Virus record (IMG/VR): IMGVR_UViG_3300029319_000063
Coordinates: 1-55,568 of that record
Source of the DNA: a virus
Taxonomy: Duplodnaviria; Caudoviricetes
Length of the DNA stretch: 55,568 nt
Reading direction: 5' to 3' (one strand)
This document shows, piece after piece, positions 9,992 through 20,000 of this stretch. Numbering within the stretch: position 1 is the first letter of the stretch; every line of letters starts with the position of its first letter. Below the pieces are notes generated by a model. The model was not told the origin of the DNA and searched no databases. It saw only the letters and a program-made list of their open reading frames with translations. The position numbers and the translations under genes are program-made.

Positions 9992-10728
9992 TTAGTTTCT
10001 CCATCTATTTGTAACCATTGTAAAATTTCCATTGTTTGTTCAATACCCTCTGTTTGAAAATATTTACAATTATCTGTTTCTTCCATTAATTTTGCAAGTG
10101 GATAATCATTGCCACCTTTTTTGGTTCTGTCACCAATGAAAATATATTCATCTGGTTTTACTAATCTTTCTTGTTCTATAATATCAAGTATTTGAGATTT
10201 ATCTTTTCCCTTTGGATAAATGTCAATTGATATTTGTCCACCCAAAACAGCATCCAAATCTGGAAATTTTTCTTTAATAGCATTTGCTATTATTTTTCTT
10301 TCACTTTTTTCATTATCCCATTTAAAAAAATGTTCTCTTTGTTCTTGTGTACAATCTCTACCTACGATACTAAAGTTTACCATTGAACCTCTATCTTCAA
10401 TATGATTACCATAACGATGTGGGTAAACACTATTACTTAATATTGTTCCTAATAATTTATTTAGTTTTTTTGTAACTTTAAATTTATTATCATAAATTAA
10501 TTCATCATCTCTCCACATTTGATTTCCACAACAAGTAAATATAGCTTCTGCTCTATCAATATAAACTATAGGTAATTGTTCTTTTGTTTTATCCAAATCA
10601 CTACCTGTAACTAAGTAATATTTATTTTTATTACTCCACTTATCAAAAAATTTAGCAAACTTTTCTGTCATTCGTAATCGTGATGGTGTTAATGTTCCAT
10701 CTATATCAAATATGTATACTTTACTCAT
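9988..10728 (-). CDS. HAD-IIB phosphomannomutase, eukaryotic PMM/Sec53 type
   Basis: FDIDGTLT, VTGSD, IEDRGSMVNFSIVGR, GGQISIDI and FIGDRTKKGGNDY match PMM motifs. Confidence 0.88.
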   Translation of the reverse strand: MSKVYIFDIDGTLTPSRLRMTEKFAKFFDKWSNKNKYYLVTGSDLDKTKEQLPIVYIDRAEAIFTCCGNQMWRDDELIYDNKFKVTKKLNKLLGTILSNSVYPHRYGNHIEDRGSMVNFSIVGRDCTQEQREHFFKWDNEKSERKIIANAIKEKFPDLDAVLGGQISIDIYPKGKDKSQILDIIEQERLVKPDEYIFIGDRTKKGGNDYPLAKLMEETDNCKYFQTEGIEQTMEILQWLQIDGETK

Positions 10729-11230
10729 TTTTTTCTCCGTTGATTAACCACGATGATGATTGAATTTTTCCACCACCAATTCCCCATAACATTGTTACAT
10801 CTAATTCTCTACAAGTAGACATTTCAGGTGTATTACCTTTAGTTCTATCTCCACCATTTGCAAAAAATATTTCATAGTCATTTCTACCAGTTGGATTATT
10901 TCCTTCCCAATCATGATTAAACATTCCACCATTATATGTAGAACGTACCTGATGTATTAAAGAACATGCTGTATCATCTGAATCATCAAACTTTACAACT
11001 GAACTTATGTATTTAATACCTTCCAAGATTTCTTTTCTTTCGTAGAACTCCATAAATGGTTTTCCTTTTTTTCTTGTCAACCATTCATCTGAATTTAATC
11101 CTACAATTACTTGATGTCCTAACCAACTAGCTTCTCTGAACATTCTCATATGTCCTTTATGAACTGGGTCAAAACCACCACTTAATATTATTACTGATTT
11201 ACGCCAATCTTTATTCCAATTTCTTTGCAT
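10721..11230 (-). CDS. Cytidylyltransferase-like nucleotidyltransferase (HIGH family)
   Basis: SGGFDPVHKGH, VGLNSD, RKKGKPFM..ER, FANGGDR, KIQSSS. Confidence 0.88.
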   Translation of the reverse strand: MQRNWNKDWRKSVIILSGGFDPVHKGHMRMFREASWLGHQVIVGLNSDEWLTRKKGKPFMEFYERKEILEGIKYISSVVKFDDSDDTACSLIHQVRSTYNGGMFNHDWEGNNPTGRNDYEIFFANGGDRTKGNTPEMSTCRELDVTMLWGIGGGKIQSSSWLINGEKNE

Positions 11231-11805
11231 TACAATCTCCTCATGAAAATTAATTTTTTATCTTCTCCGGTAGGTTTTACGAATAATTTTTTTAATTGTT
11301 CTTTTGTGTTCCATTTCATAGATGATGATTTATGTTTTGGTAATCCAGCTGTTTCTCCTACCATATCCCAATTATCAGCTTTATAAACAGCACCATTATT
11401 ACCACCACCAACAAAAGTAATTAAATATTTTAAATCATCACCATATTTAGATTTCCAAGCTATTGGAGCTAATTTCCGTAATTCTTTTAATATTTGTGTT
11501 CCACCATTTTTAATTGATTTCCTCATACAAAATCTCCAATTGTTAGAAACACTATTAAATACATCTTTATATTGTGATTTAGATAAATTCATATACCTCA
11601 ACATATCTTTAGGTGGTGGATATACTGAAGAACCAATTCCTATCATACCAACAGCTTCAAGGGGAAATGTATCATCATTATATATTAACCAATCAATTCT
11701 TCTACCTACTGATTGATGTGATGGAACATAAGAATGGTGTTTTTCTATAATTCTTTTTACCATATTTTTTTGCACATCAGATTTAACTATTTCTAGTTTT
11801 ATCAA
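11230..11805 (-). CDS. Mom-like / DUF4338 (DruA-like) GNAT-fold protein, possible DNA base-modification enzyme
   Basis: HHSYV, NNWRF, W...YGD.L..LITFV and GAVYKADNW..VGETAG resemble the G-x-x-Y-K-A-x-N-W motif of this family. Confidence 0.6.
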   Translation of the reverse strand: MIKLEIVKSDVQKNMVKRIIEKHHSYVPSHQSVGRRIDWLIYNDDTFPLEAVGMIGIGSSVYPPPKDMLRYMNLSKSQYKDVFNSVSNNWRFCMRKSIKNGGTQILKELRKLAPIAWKSKYGDDLKYLITFVGGGNNGAVYKADNWDMVGETAGLPKHKSSSMKWNTKEQLKKLFVKPTGEDKKLIFMRRL

Positions 11806-12719
11806 GATAATCTACCTTTTATTATATCCGAAAATGTTGATTGTTTTGTTGTATTGACTATATCCCAAAACTTAGTAAAACCTATTTCAGATGGGTCTTT
11901 GTCTTTCATATTTAATAAATATGTTTTAATTCCATAATCCATTAAAAATTTTGATAACTTCACGGCATCTTGTTTGGCATCTTCATCCAAAGCCACATAA
12001 ATCTTTTTTACTTTTTTCTGTATTAATCTTTTCACTAATGTTTTACTTGGAAACTTACCTAATAAAGGTATAACATTTCTTCTTACAGCTATAGCGTCAA
12101 ATACACCTTCACATAAAACAATTGGTTCATTCCAATTTATAAACATTTCAAAACACACAGTATCTTTTGACATTGGTGGATTTTTGTATTTTAGTTTAGA
12201 GTTAGGAAACATATCTCGTGCGATAAAGTAATTTAGTTTACCATCAGCATCATAACTCGGTATAATGATACGATTAGCGTAACCATTAGAAGAACAAAAA
12301 CCTATTGAATAACGAATAATATCTATACCCGTTATACCTCTCCGTTTCAAATAAGCTATTGCATTCTTATGTAATGGGTCATTAGATTTTTGCCAAAGTG
12401 GTTGATAACATTGAGGAAGAGAAACATTGTATTCTGTTTTTTCATCCTTTTCTTGTTTGATACCTTTATAATCACCAAGTATTTTCAATACCTCTGATAT
12501 GATTTGTTTAGGTGCGTTTATTTTACGAAGTAATATACCAATCTTATGTCCACCAGTATTACAAACCCAACAATGCCATTTTTGTGTTTCTGTATTTACT
12601 TGTAGTTTCTTTTTATGATGATTACAAAAAGGACAATGAAATGCATGTTCACCATTTTTCATCTGATGACTTTTATATAACACTTTTTCTAATAATTTAA
12701 CTAATTCGTATTTATACAT
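11802..12719 (-). CDS. DNA primase (Zn finger plus TOPRIM)
   Basis: CPFC..H...WHCWVC zinc finger, YLKRRGI, RIIIP, KYKNP, TOPRIM motifs CEGVFDA, LDEDA, KDPSE. Confidence 0.92.
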   Translation of the reverse strand: MYKYELVKLLEKVLYKSHQMKNGEHAFHCPFCNHHKKKLQVNTETQKWHCWVCNTGGHKIGILLRKINAPKQIISEVLKILGDYKGIKQEKDEKTEYNVSLPQCYQPLWQKSNDPLHKNAIAYLKRRGITGIDIIRYSIGFCSSNGYANRIIIPSYDADGKLNYFIARDMFPNSKLKYKNPPMSKDTVCFEMFINWNEPIVLCEGVFDAIAVRRNVIPLLGKFPSKTLVKRLIQKKVKKIYVALDEDAKQDAVKLSKFLMDYGIKTYLLNMKDKDPSEIGFTKFWDIVNTTKQSTFSDIIKGRLS

Positions 12720-12726
12720 TTATACC

Positions 12727-12755
12727 AATATAAGATAAAAAAAATAATAAAACAA
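12727..12755 (-). promoter_or_regulatory. sigma70-type promoter TTGTTT-N17-TATATT with upstream A-tract
   Basis: Shares AAAAAAAAGCTTG...CTTATATT with the element at 13740-13769. The -10 box ends 7 nt before the primase ATG. Confidence 0.6.
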
Positions 12756-12780
12756 GCTTTTTTTTATTTATTTTAATTTT

Positions 12781-13695
12781 TTATCCGTGTAATTCTTTGT
12801 ATTTAATAAGGGCTAGTTCTTTGGCTTTAGCTTCTATCATAATATCTACACGATTACCATAAGTGTCGATATAGTCAAGTACATAATCTGAGTGTGCCTG
12901 TGGTCTAATCTTATCATCTTCTTGTTCTATACTACGAGATTCAGAATAGTGTACAACAGGTACAATGTCAGTAGGCCAAGTAGATATAGCGACTTCTAAC
13001 GCATCTTCTTCTGATAGTCCACCTGTACAGAAACGATGATGATGATAATCAAATACAATCGGTATACCAATAACTTTGTAAACACCTTCATACAAATCTA
13101 CAACGGAATACATTGAAGCCTTATCATCGTTTTCTACCGTCAATCTTGATTTAACTGAATTAGGTAATCGTTCAAAGTTCTTACAGAATCTTTTCATAGC
13201 AGAAACCTTATCACCATAAGCACCACCGATGTGTATATTAATCTTGTTGTATGGTGTACGAGATAATCCCATCATATCAAATACTGCACCATGTATTGAT
13301 AAATCTTTAACACAATTCTCAACGACATGTTCATGTGGTGATGTCAATACATTGAAAGGACCTGGATGAGATGTGATACGAATACCATTCTCATCAGCAA
13401 ACTTACCACATTCACCTAATGTAGCAACAATTTCCCAATGGTCTGGTAATTCATCTAATTTGTATTCAGAAGCCCATGGTATAAGGTCTGAGGATAAACG
13501 AAAAAAATTAATACCATTATCTTTATTCCATTTAAGTATAGTAAGTAAATCTTTACAATTTTGTAAAGCTAATTCAGACGCATAAGGTAAACCTTTTTCG
13601 GTAAATGTTCGTTTAATCATAGAACGATTAGTAGTAATTTTTGGTTTACATTTGGATAAATTCATGTTGATACATGCATAACCTAATTGATTCAT
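12781..13695 (-). CDS. uvsE: UV damage endonuclease (UvsE/UVDE)
   Basis: LGYACIN, FFRLSS, HPGPF, INIHIGG, LTVENDD, VFDYHHH, HYSES, AHSDY, MIEAKAKE. Start at 13695 preferred because AAAAGG lies upstream; the ORF-track start at 13734 remains possible. Confidence 0.95.
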   Translation of the reverse strand: MNQLGYACINMNLSKCKPKITTNRSMIKRTFTEKGLPYASELALQNCKDLLTILKWNKDNGINFFRLSSDLIPWASEYKLDELPDHWEIVATLGECGKFADENGIRITSHPGPFNVLTSPHEHVVENCVKDLSIHGAVFDMMGLSRTPYNKINIHIGGAYGDKVSAMKRFCKNFERLPNSVKSRLTVENDDKASMYSVVDLYEGVYKVIGIPIVFDYHHHRFCTGGLSEEDALEVAISTWPTDIVPVVHYSESRSIEQEDDKIRPQAHSDYVLDYIDTYGNRVDIMIEAKAKELALIKYKELHG

Positions 13696-13739
13696 ATTTG
13701 TAACCTTTTTATTATTTTTATGTGACATATACATAGTAT

Positions 13740-13769
13740 AATATAAGAAATATTATATATTTAAGTCAA
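13740..13769 (-). promoter_or_regulatory. sigma70-type promoter TTGACT-N18-TATATT with upstream A-tract
   Basis: Near-consensus -35/-10 in intergenic DNA at the boundary between structural and DNA-metabolism genes. Confidence 0.68.
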
Positions 13770-13777
13770 GCTTTTTT

Positions 13778-16700
13778 TTAATTACTATTAACTTGTTTTT
13801 CATATATATCTTCTACCCAAGTAACGGGAGAATAACTATCTACTGGTATTGTTAATTTTCTAGCCTCTGTTGTATTATTATAACCAATGGCATCTACAGG
13901 TATTTCTAACTTATCAATTAAATTTAAATTTTTAACTACAATGTTTTGAATTTTAGATATTAAATTATTATTAAATAAAGGTAAAAATGGATTATTATTT
14001 AAATACAAATTAATAAAAAGGTCGGGTATATCTGAAAAACAATTATTTCCTCCAATTGATAAATCGTCATATGTCATAGATATATCCAAAGCTTCTGAAT
14101 TATAACTATCATCATTTTGATTATAATTTAAATTATTAGTATCTATTTCAACTTCAATAATATAATTATTTGTAGTAACTTCAAAATTATTTTTATAATT
14201 ATTTAAATCATTTCTATCAAATCCATCTTCTTCACTCGTTGGATTTAAATCACATGCAGAATTAAGACAAGTTTGAGGATAAAACGCGAATGGTAGTGTA
14301 AATACCGAAAGCACAGAGGCATAAGTAGAAAACACACTATAACAATCTGGTACAATTAATTCAAAGCCTTCACAACTAGCTTCAGTAGCCCAAAAAGTAA
14401 AAGGAACATTTAACTCTATATCTTCAATATGTAACCTCAATTTCAATATTCCTGTATCAATATATTCATTTATATCAACATTTATGTTTAAATTATAATC
14501 CATTTCTGCAAAATTAGAGTCAAAAAATAAATCACAATTGAATGTCGAAGTAGAGCCTTCAATTGCTGATGTATTGATGTCAAACTCACTAAGCATTTCA
14601 TCTACAGAGTCTCTAATAACCTTATTAAATAAAGAGGTTATGGCTGCGTTTAAAATACTAAATGAACCATTCTGTATAGGAGTATTGGGAACAAGTAAAC
14701 CATTAAATGAATTACTTAAATACTCATACATATCTACATTTTGTTGATAGAAAGTTGTCATGTAGTAAAAATTTGAAGAATTAGGTGGAGTCCAAATCTG
14801 TCCTTCATCATAATTAAAATATTTTGTATATGAAAGACCTGGATAACTTTGTCTCCTCCAATTATTTGGATTGTTTATACCTTCTGTATTACCTGGAGAG
14901 AAAAAGCCTTTTAAATTCCATAAAGTACTATTAATTGATGTAATCCCAGCTCCACCACTTAACTCCCCTCTATTACTGATATCTAATCCATCACTAAATT
15001 CAGAGTTAGTAAATAATATATTATGATTAAAAGATCTATGAGTATCACTTAATCCGGGTGCACCTAAACCGATAACTTCCATTTTAAGTGCTCTAGACCA
15101 ATAATCCATATCTCTACCAAATGCTTTATCTTTAGAAAATTGCCAACCACCAATTGATTTACAACCAGAAACAACAATATTAGAATTTAGTTGTGAAAGT
15201 GTAAAATTATGTCTACCTCTGTGTCCTTCACAATTTTTAAACAATATATCATTTGAAAGGGTGGAAAGAAATAAATATCCATTACTGTTTTGTCCTCTAT
15301 TTTGTGGATTTTTTAATATACAATTTTTAATGGTTATATTTGCACTATCAACAATATTAATACCAACGGATTGTATATGTCTTTGCCAATGCCCTTGTTG
15401 ATAAGAAAAATCTAATGGTAAGTTTTCGTTTTCTGTAAGATATGTTATCATATCTGTAGCTGCTTCATAATATATATCATATAAACTATAATCATTTAAT
15501 TGATTTATTCCACCAGTAAAATAATTATCGAATACAGGTGCATTAACTATCCCAAGTTTTGCAAATTCTTCTATTATTGTTGTAACATCACCTTTTGGGC
15601 GATCTCCTCCGAAGAAACCTGGATTTGTCCAAGTTTGATATTGCCATGGATGATTAACACCATCATTAAACACTATTTCACCGTTTAAATCATATCCAAT
15701 TTCTCCACTTGTATCAACACCTACAAAATAATCACTTGGAGCAAATGAATGGACATTTTCAATCCAACTATTAACAACATTGTTAAAATATATGATATTT
15801 GTCGCGTTATTCTTCCAAGCTTCATCATAAGATCGATTAGCATTAGATATATTTAAATCCATTATTCCAACATTTTCTACAAGTCCTCCAGCTAATTTTC
15901 TAACTTTAGGTCGATGAATATGATTATCTTCAAAATAATTTGTACCTAAACTATCCTCATGATGATAACCACCTTCATAAGCTTCCTTTAACAATTTAAT
16001 AAAAGATGTTGGTAATGGACTTTTAAAATAAAGTTTGTTTCCTTCTATTCTGTCTATTTGCTTTTTATAATTATACGTTACTGGAGCTCCAGTATCTAAA
16101 GTAAATGTTTCATCATTTTCCCAATCATCACCTTCCATATTCATATAATTTATAAAATTTGGCCATAGGCTAAATTCTATAACTATCCAACCAGTATCAT
16201 TAAAATTGTTATCTCCATCAATGGTTATATAATTTTCAGTTATAGATGTTATGGGAGCTCCATGTATATATGATAACTCTTCTTCACCCCCAACTATTAT
16301 ACCAGATGTATTTTCATCTGAATTAAACCATAATTGTGTTAAAGGTTCTCCTACAGGACCTGTAACTTCGCCTTTTAAAATAATGTTAGATTTTAATTCA
16401 ATAGGTGTTTCAAATTCAAAAGAGTCTTGAGAAAAACAAACAACACCTCCATTAGAATTTTCAGATAATTCATTTATTAATCCATTTAAAATACCAGTAT
16501 CACATACACCATCAATATTACAAGGACCCGTAGAAAATTCTTGATATGTTCCCTCTATGTATTGTACATAAGAACCAGGAGTAATTGTTAAATCACATGA
16601 AAGATTTAAATTTTCTGAAGTTGAACCATTGTAATTTCTCCCAACCTTTGAATAATCAGGAATAAGTGGTTCGGTTGTTATGTTTTGAATTTGATTTATT

Positions 16701-17020
16701 ATATCCAACACATTAATCGTATTATCTTGATTAACATCAGCAGCCCATTGTTGACATGGTGTATACTCAACATCACCTAATGTATTCTGAACCATCACAA
16801 TTAAGTCTACAACATTTATAAAACCATCACCATTTATATCTCCCAACTCATACCCAAGTTCTTCAATACATTGTAAAGGACAAGAAGCATCAATAAATGG
16901 ATAAGTATCACATTGTTCGTCTGTAAAAACTTGCCTTGAATCTATTAATGATTTATATATTCTTCTTAACTCATTTGTAGACATTTTTTGTAATTTATAT
17001 TTTGGATATTTATTTTTCAT
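13778..17020 (-). CDS. Dockerin-containing right-handed beta-helix (pectate-lyase-like) protein, putative depolymerase/adhesin
   Basis: Paired dockerin loops GDINGDGFINVVD and ADVNQDNTINVLD (~16680-16843). GGVVCF..LKSNIILKGE and beta-helix rungs ENVGIMDLNI, NSWIENVH, NITIKNC, DILFKNC..GRHNF. Confidence 0.7.
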   Translation of the reverse strand: MKNKYPKYKLQKMSTNELRRIYKSLIDSRQVFTDEQCDTYPFIDASCPLQCIEELGYELGDINGDGFINVVDLIVMVQNTLGDVEYTPCQQWAADVNQDNTINVLDIINQIQNITTEPLIPDYSKVGRNYNGSTSENLNLSCDLTITPGSYVQYIEGTYQEFSTGPCNIDGVCDTGILNGLINELSENSNGGVVCFSQDSFEFETPIELKSNIILKGEVTGPVGEPLTQLWFNSDENTSGIIVGGEEELSYIHGAPITSITENYITIDGDNNFNDTGWIVIEFSLWPNFINYMNMEGDDWENDETFTLDTGAPVTYNYKKQIDRIEGNKLYFKSPLPTSFIKLLKEAYEGGYHHEDSLGTNYFEDNHIHRPKVRKLAGGLVENVGIMDLNISNANRSYDEAWKNNATNIIYFNNVVNSWIENVHSFAPSDYFVGVDTSGEIGYDLNGEIVFNDGVNHPWQYQTWTNPGFFGGDRPKGDVTTIIEEFAKLGIVNAPVFDNYFTGGINQLNDYSLYDIYYEAATDMITYLTENENLPLDFSYQQGHWQRHIQSVGINIVDSANITIKNCILKNPQNRGQNSNGYLFLSTLSNDILFKNCEGHRGRHNFTLSQLNSNIVVSGCKSIGGWQFSKDKAFGRDMDYWSRALKMEVIGLGAPGLSDTHRSFNHNILFTNSEFSDGLDISNRGELSGGAGITSINSTLWNLKGFFSPGNTEGINNPNNWRRQSYPGLSYTKYFNYDEGQIWTPPNSSNFYYMTTFYQQNVDMYEYLSNSFNGLLVPNTPIQNGSFSILNAAITSLFNKVIRDSVDEMLSEFDINTSAIEGSTSTFNCDLFFDSNFAEMDYNLNINVDINEYIDTGILKLRLHIEDIELNVPFTFWATEASCEGFELIVPDCYSVFSTYASVLSVFTLPFAFYPQTCLNSACDLNPTSEEDGFDRNDLNNYKNNFEVTTNNYIIEVEIDTNNLNYNQNDDSYNSEALDISMTYDDLSIGGNNCFSDIPDLFINLYLNNNPFLPLFNNNLISKIQNIVVKNLNLIDKLEIPVDAIGYNNTTEARKLTIPVDSYSPVTWVEDIYEKQVNSN

Positions 17021-20000
17021 GATTTTGTATTTTTAAAATTAATTGAATAAGTTTATTTCTTTCATCATCTTGTGAATTTAAAATTTTATTTATTAGTTTT
17101 CCTTTTACTCTTTTTTTACGAGTTCTTTTTTTATTTTGTTTTAATCTCATTTCAAGTTTTTTAAATAAGGTTGTTAACTCTTGTTTGGTATTTTTTATAC
17201 GATTGTATGAATCTGTATTCATATTAAATGAATCTTCCATATCTTCTTTTGATGCTGGTTGTCCTTCTTCTATAACTTCCATGAATAAGTTAGTGGTTTG
17301 TTCATCATTTAAAATCATATTTACAAGTTCAATAATATCTAATATATCAACATTTCCATCTTGATTTATATCACCATAAGAATACCACTGGTGTTGAAAA
17401 CCAGACATACCATCATCTTCGAAAGCAGCACATTGTTGTGATGTTGTTGGAAATGGTAATAAAGGATTATCAATAGACCATGTAACAAAATCATAATCAT
17501 TATCTTCACAAAACGATTCTAATTCTTCTGGACAATATAAATAACACAATCCAAGTTCATTTGGGAAAGCTTGATTGTTTAAAATATATTGAGTTAAACT
17601 TATTACATCTAACACATTAATTACACCATCTTGATTTATATCTCCAATAATTTCATTTTGAAATGGAAGACCAATACACTCTCTTTGCGGTATAAGAGCG
17701 TCATCGTTATAATCAGCTTCTGTTCCATAAAACCACATATTGGTGTTTGCACCATCACAATGCCCAAATGTAACATCTCGTAGTTGTGAACCTATATCGT
17801 AAATTTTTTCTCTTTTTCTTAAAAATGTTAAGTTTGGATTTGCTCTTGAACTTCCAGGTTTAATTTGACTATTTGTGTAAAACCTATATCCTCCTGTTCC
17901 ACCACCAACGGAATAATTCATAGAACGTATGACAGATCTACATCCAGGAAATTTATGTGGTTCTAAATTATCATCATAAGATTCACATAACATGCCGCCA
18001 CCAATCAAAGGTGAATCTTCTTTATATACAGCATTGTCAGGAAAACAACAAGTATTATTAGTAGCATTATTATAATGTATCCTTAATTCAGATGGTGTTA
18101 TAGTGTATTCACCTCTAGCGTTACCATTCATTGAATGCCATTTTCTATTAGATCTAAAAACTGGTAAAGTTTTATAAGAAGATGAGGTATCATCATCAGG
18201 GTCTGAAGATATTTGCATATCTATACTCCAAACTCTATCAGTAAAACATCCATCTGGTGCACCTTTTAAAAATGGGTGAAAATCCCATTTCCTAACATAA
18301 AATTTACCAGGAATCAATTCTCCTGTTTCTGAACCTACTACATTTTGATATCTATATCTAACACCATGAAATCCATCAACTAAATCATTCATTGATATCG
18401 ATTCTTGACTGACTGGATTTCCTATTTCTAAATAAGTTCCAGACCTATAACCAAGTGTTATGGCTGAATGAGCTTGATTCCAACTCCAAGAACCTGGACA
18501 CAATCTTCCTGCCTTTGTTAAAGCTGTACCAAAGTTACCATCAGGATAAAGATATATTAAAGTATAATATGGATTTTCTTCATCACATAATGGTTGTTCT
18601 AATGTTTCATCATATTCCCAAAATGAACCAGCATAATTTTCTATACCAAGTTCTTCTAAATTTGCACACTCCCATTCCGTAGCTTCTATTGTGTAAACAG
18701 TAGTAACAACATCTTCTATTTCTTCCGTATCATCTACCAATGAATCTCCTGAGGGAGGTGTGTCAAATGGATCAGCATAATCAGGCGTTGGTTCATCAGG
18801 TGGAAGAGTGGGATCTCTAAAAGTGGTTTCTATAACTTCATATGTACATATACCTCGTGGTGGAGCACAAAAACCATCATCACTCCAATAAAACATTTTC
18901 ATGTATATAGTATCACTCCAATCATAAGTGCACGAACCATCATCTATTGTTTTTTGGATACCATAATTGATTGCAAATGGATTAGTACAACCGATACATT
19001 CATTTGGAGCTGGTTGATCTATTGGATAACATACACCGCAATCATCTATATCATGAGTTCCTGCAGGACAATCACAATATGCGTCCTCTTCACCACAGGT
19101 TTGAAAAATCCAACCTGGTCCTGGATCTTCACAAAAGAAAGTACCCTGAAAAACTCCGTTTATAAAACAACAACCAATTCCATCTCCATCTGGATCTGGA
19201 AAGTATCCTAATAATTCAACAGAACCATCACACGAACATTCAGCTCCAGGATCTCCGAGATATGTACAACACCAATTTTCTACCCCATCTTCCGTAGTAC
19301 AAGTAAAAGTAGCGTCTGGATCATAATTACATGCCGATTCATCAGTGCAACCTGTACACGACCAACCATCTCCGCCACATACACCACATTGATCATAGTT
19401 TAGTGGGCAATCATCACAATCACCATCACCATTAAGTACATATAAATTTGGATCTGGATTGTTACAAGCTTGAACAACTAAATCAGGACATCCAAAACCA
19501 TCACCGTCCGTATCAAGATAATATAACAAACCATAATAACATGCTCCATTATCATCGGTTGCTTGACTATCATAATTACATGCGGTAGGGTCAGTACAAC
19601 CAAGAAAAACATAACTACATGAATCATCATGCCAAAATGCATTGGGATTATAATTTGCAGCTTGTGGATCCATGCATCCTGGTACATCATAATACCCACC
19701 ATTTCCTATATATTTACATTGACCATTACATCCGAAAGGATATTGTTCTTCAGGACACATGTTTGAATCACCTGGATTATAACAACCTCCACCACCTAAA
19801 CCTAAATCATTAGTGACACAAATCGTATCTTCAGGACAAATTCCATCATTTGGATTAGGACCTGGAATACACTCACCTGGAGGGTGATAATTTTCTATTG
19901 TACATGGTGGTCCATTTTCTCCAACACAACCATCATAATCATTGTCATATTGTCCACACCAATTTCCATCAAATTCAAAAAATTCAGGATGTGAAGGATG

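Noticed and set aside
11230-11805. Druantia defence system
   Set aside because: Only a stand-alone DUF4338/Mom-like gene; no DruE helicase or other dru genes.
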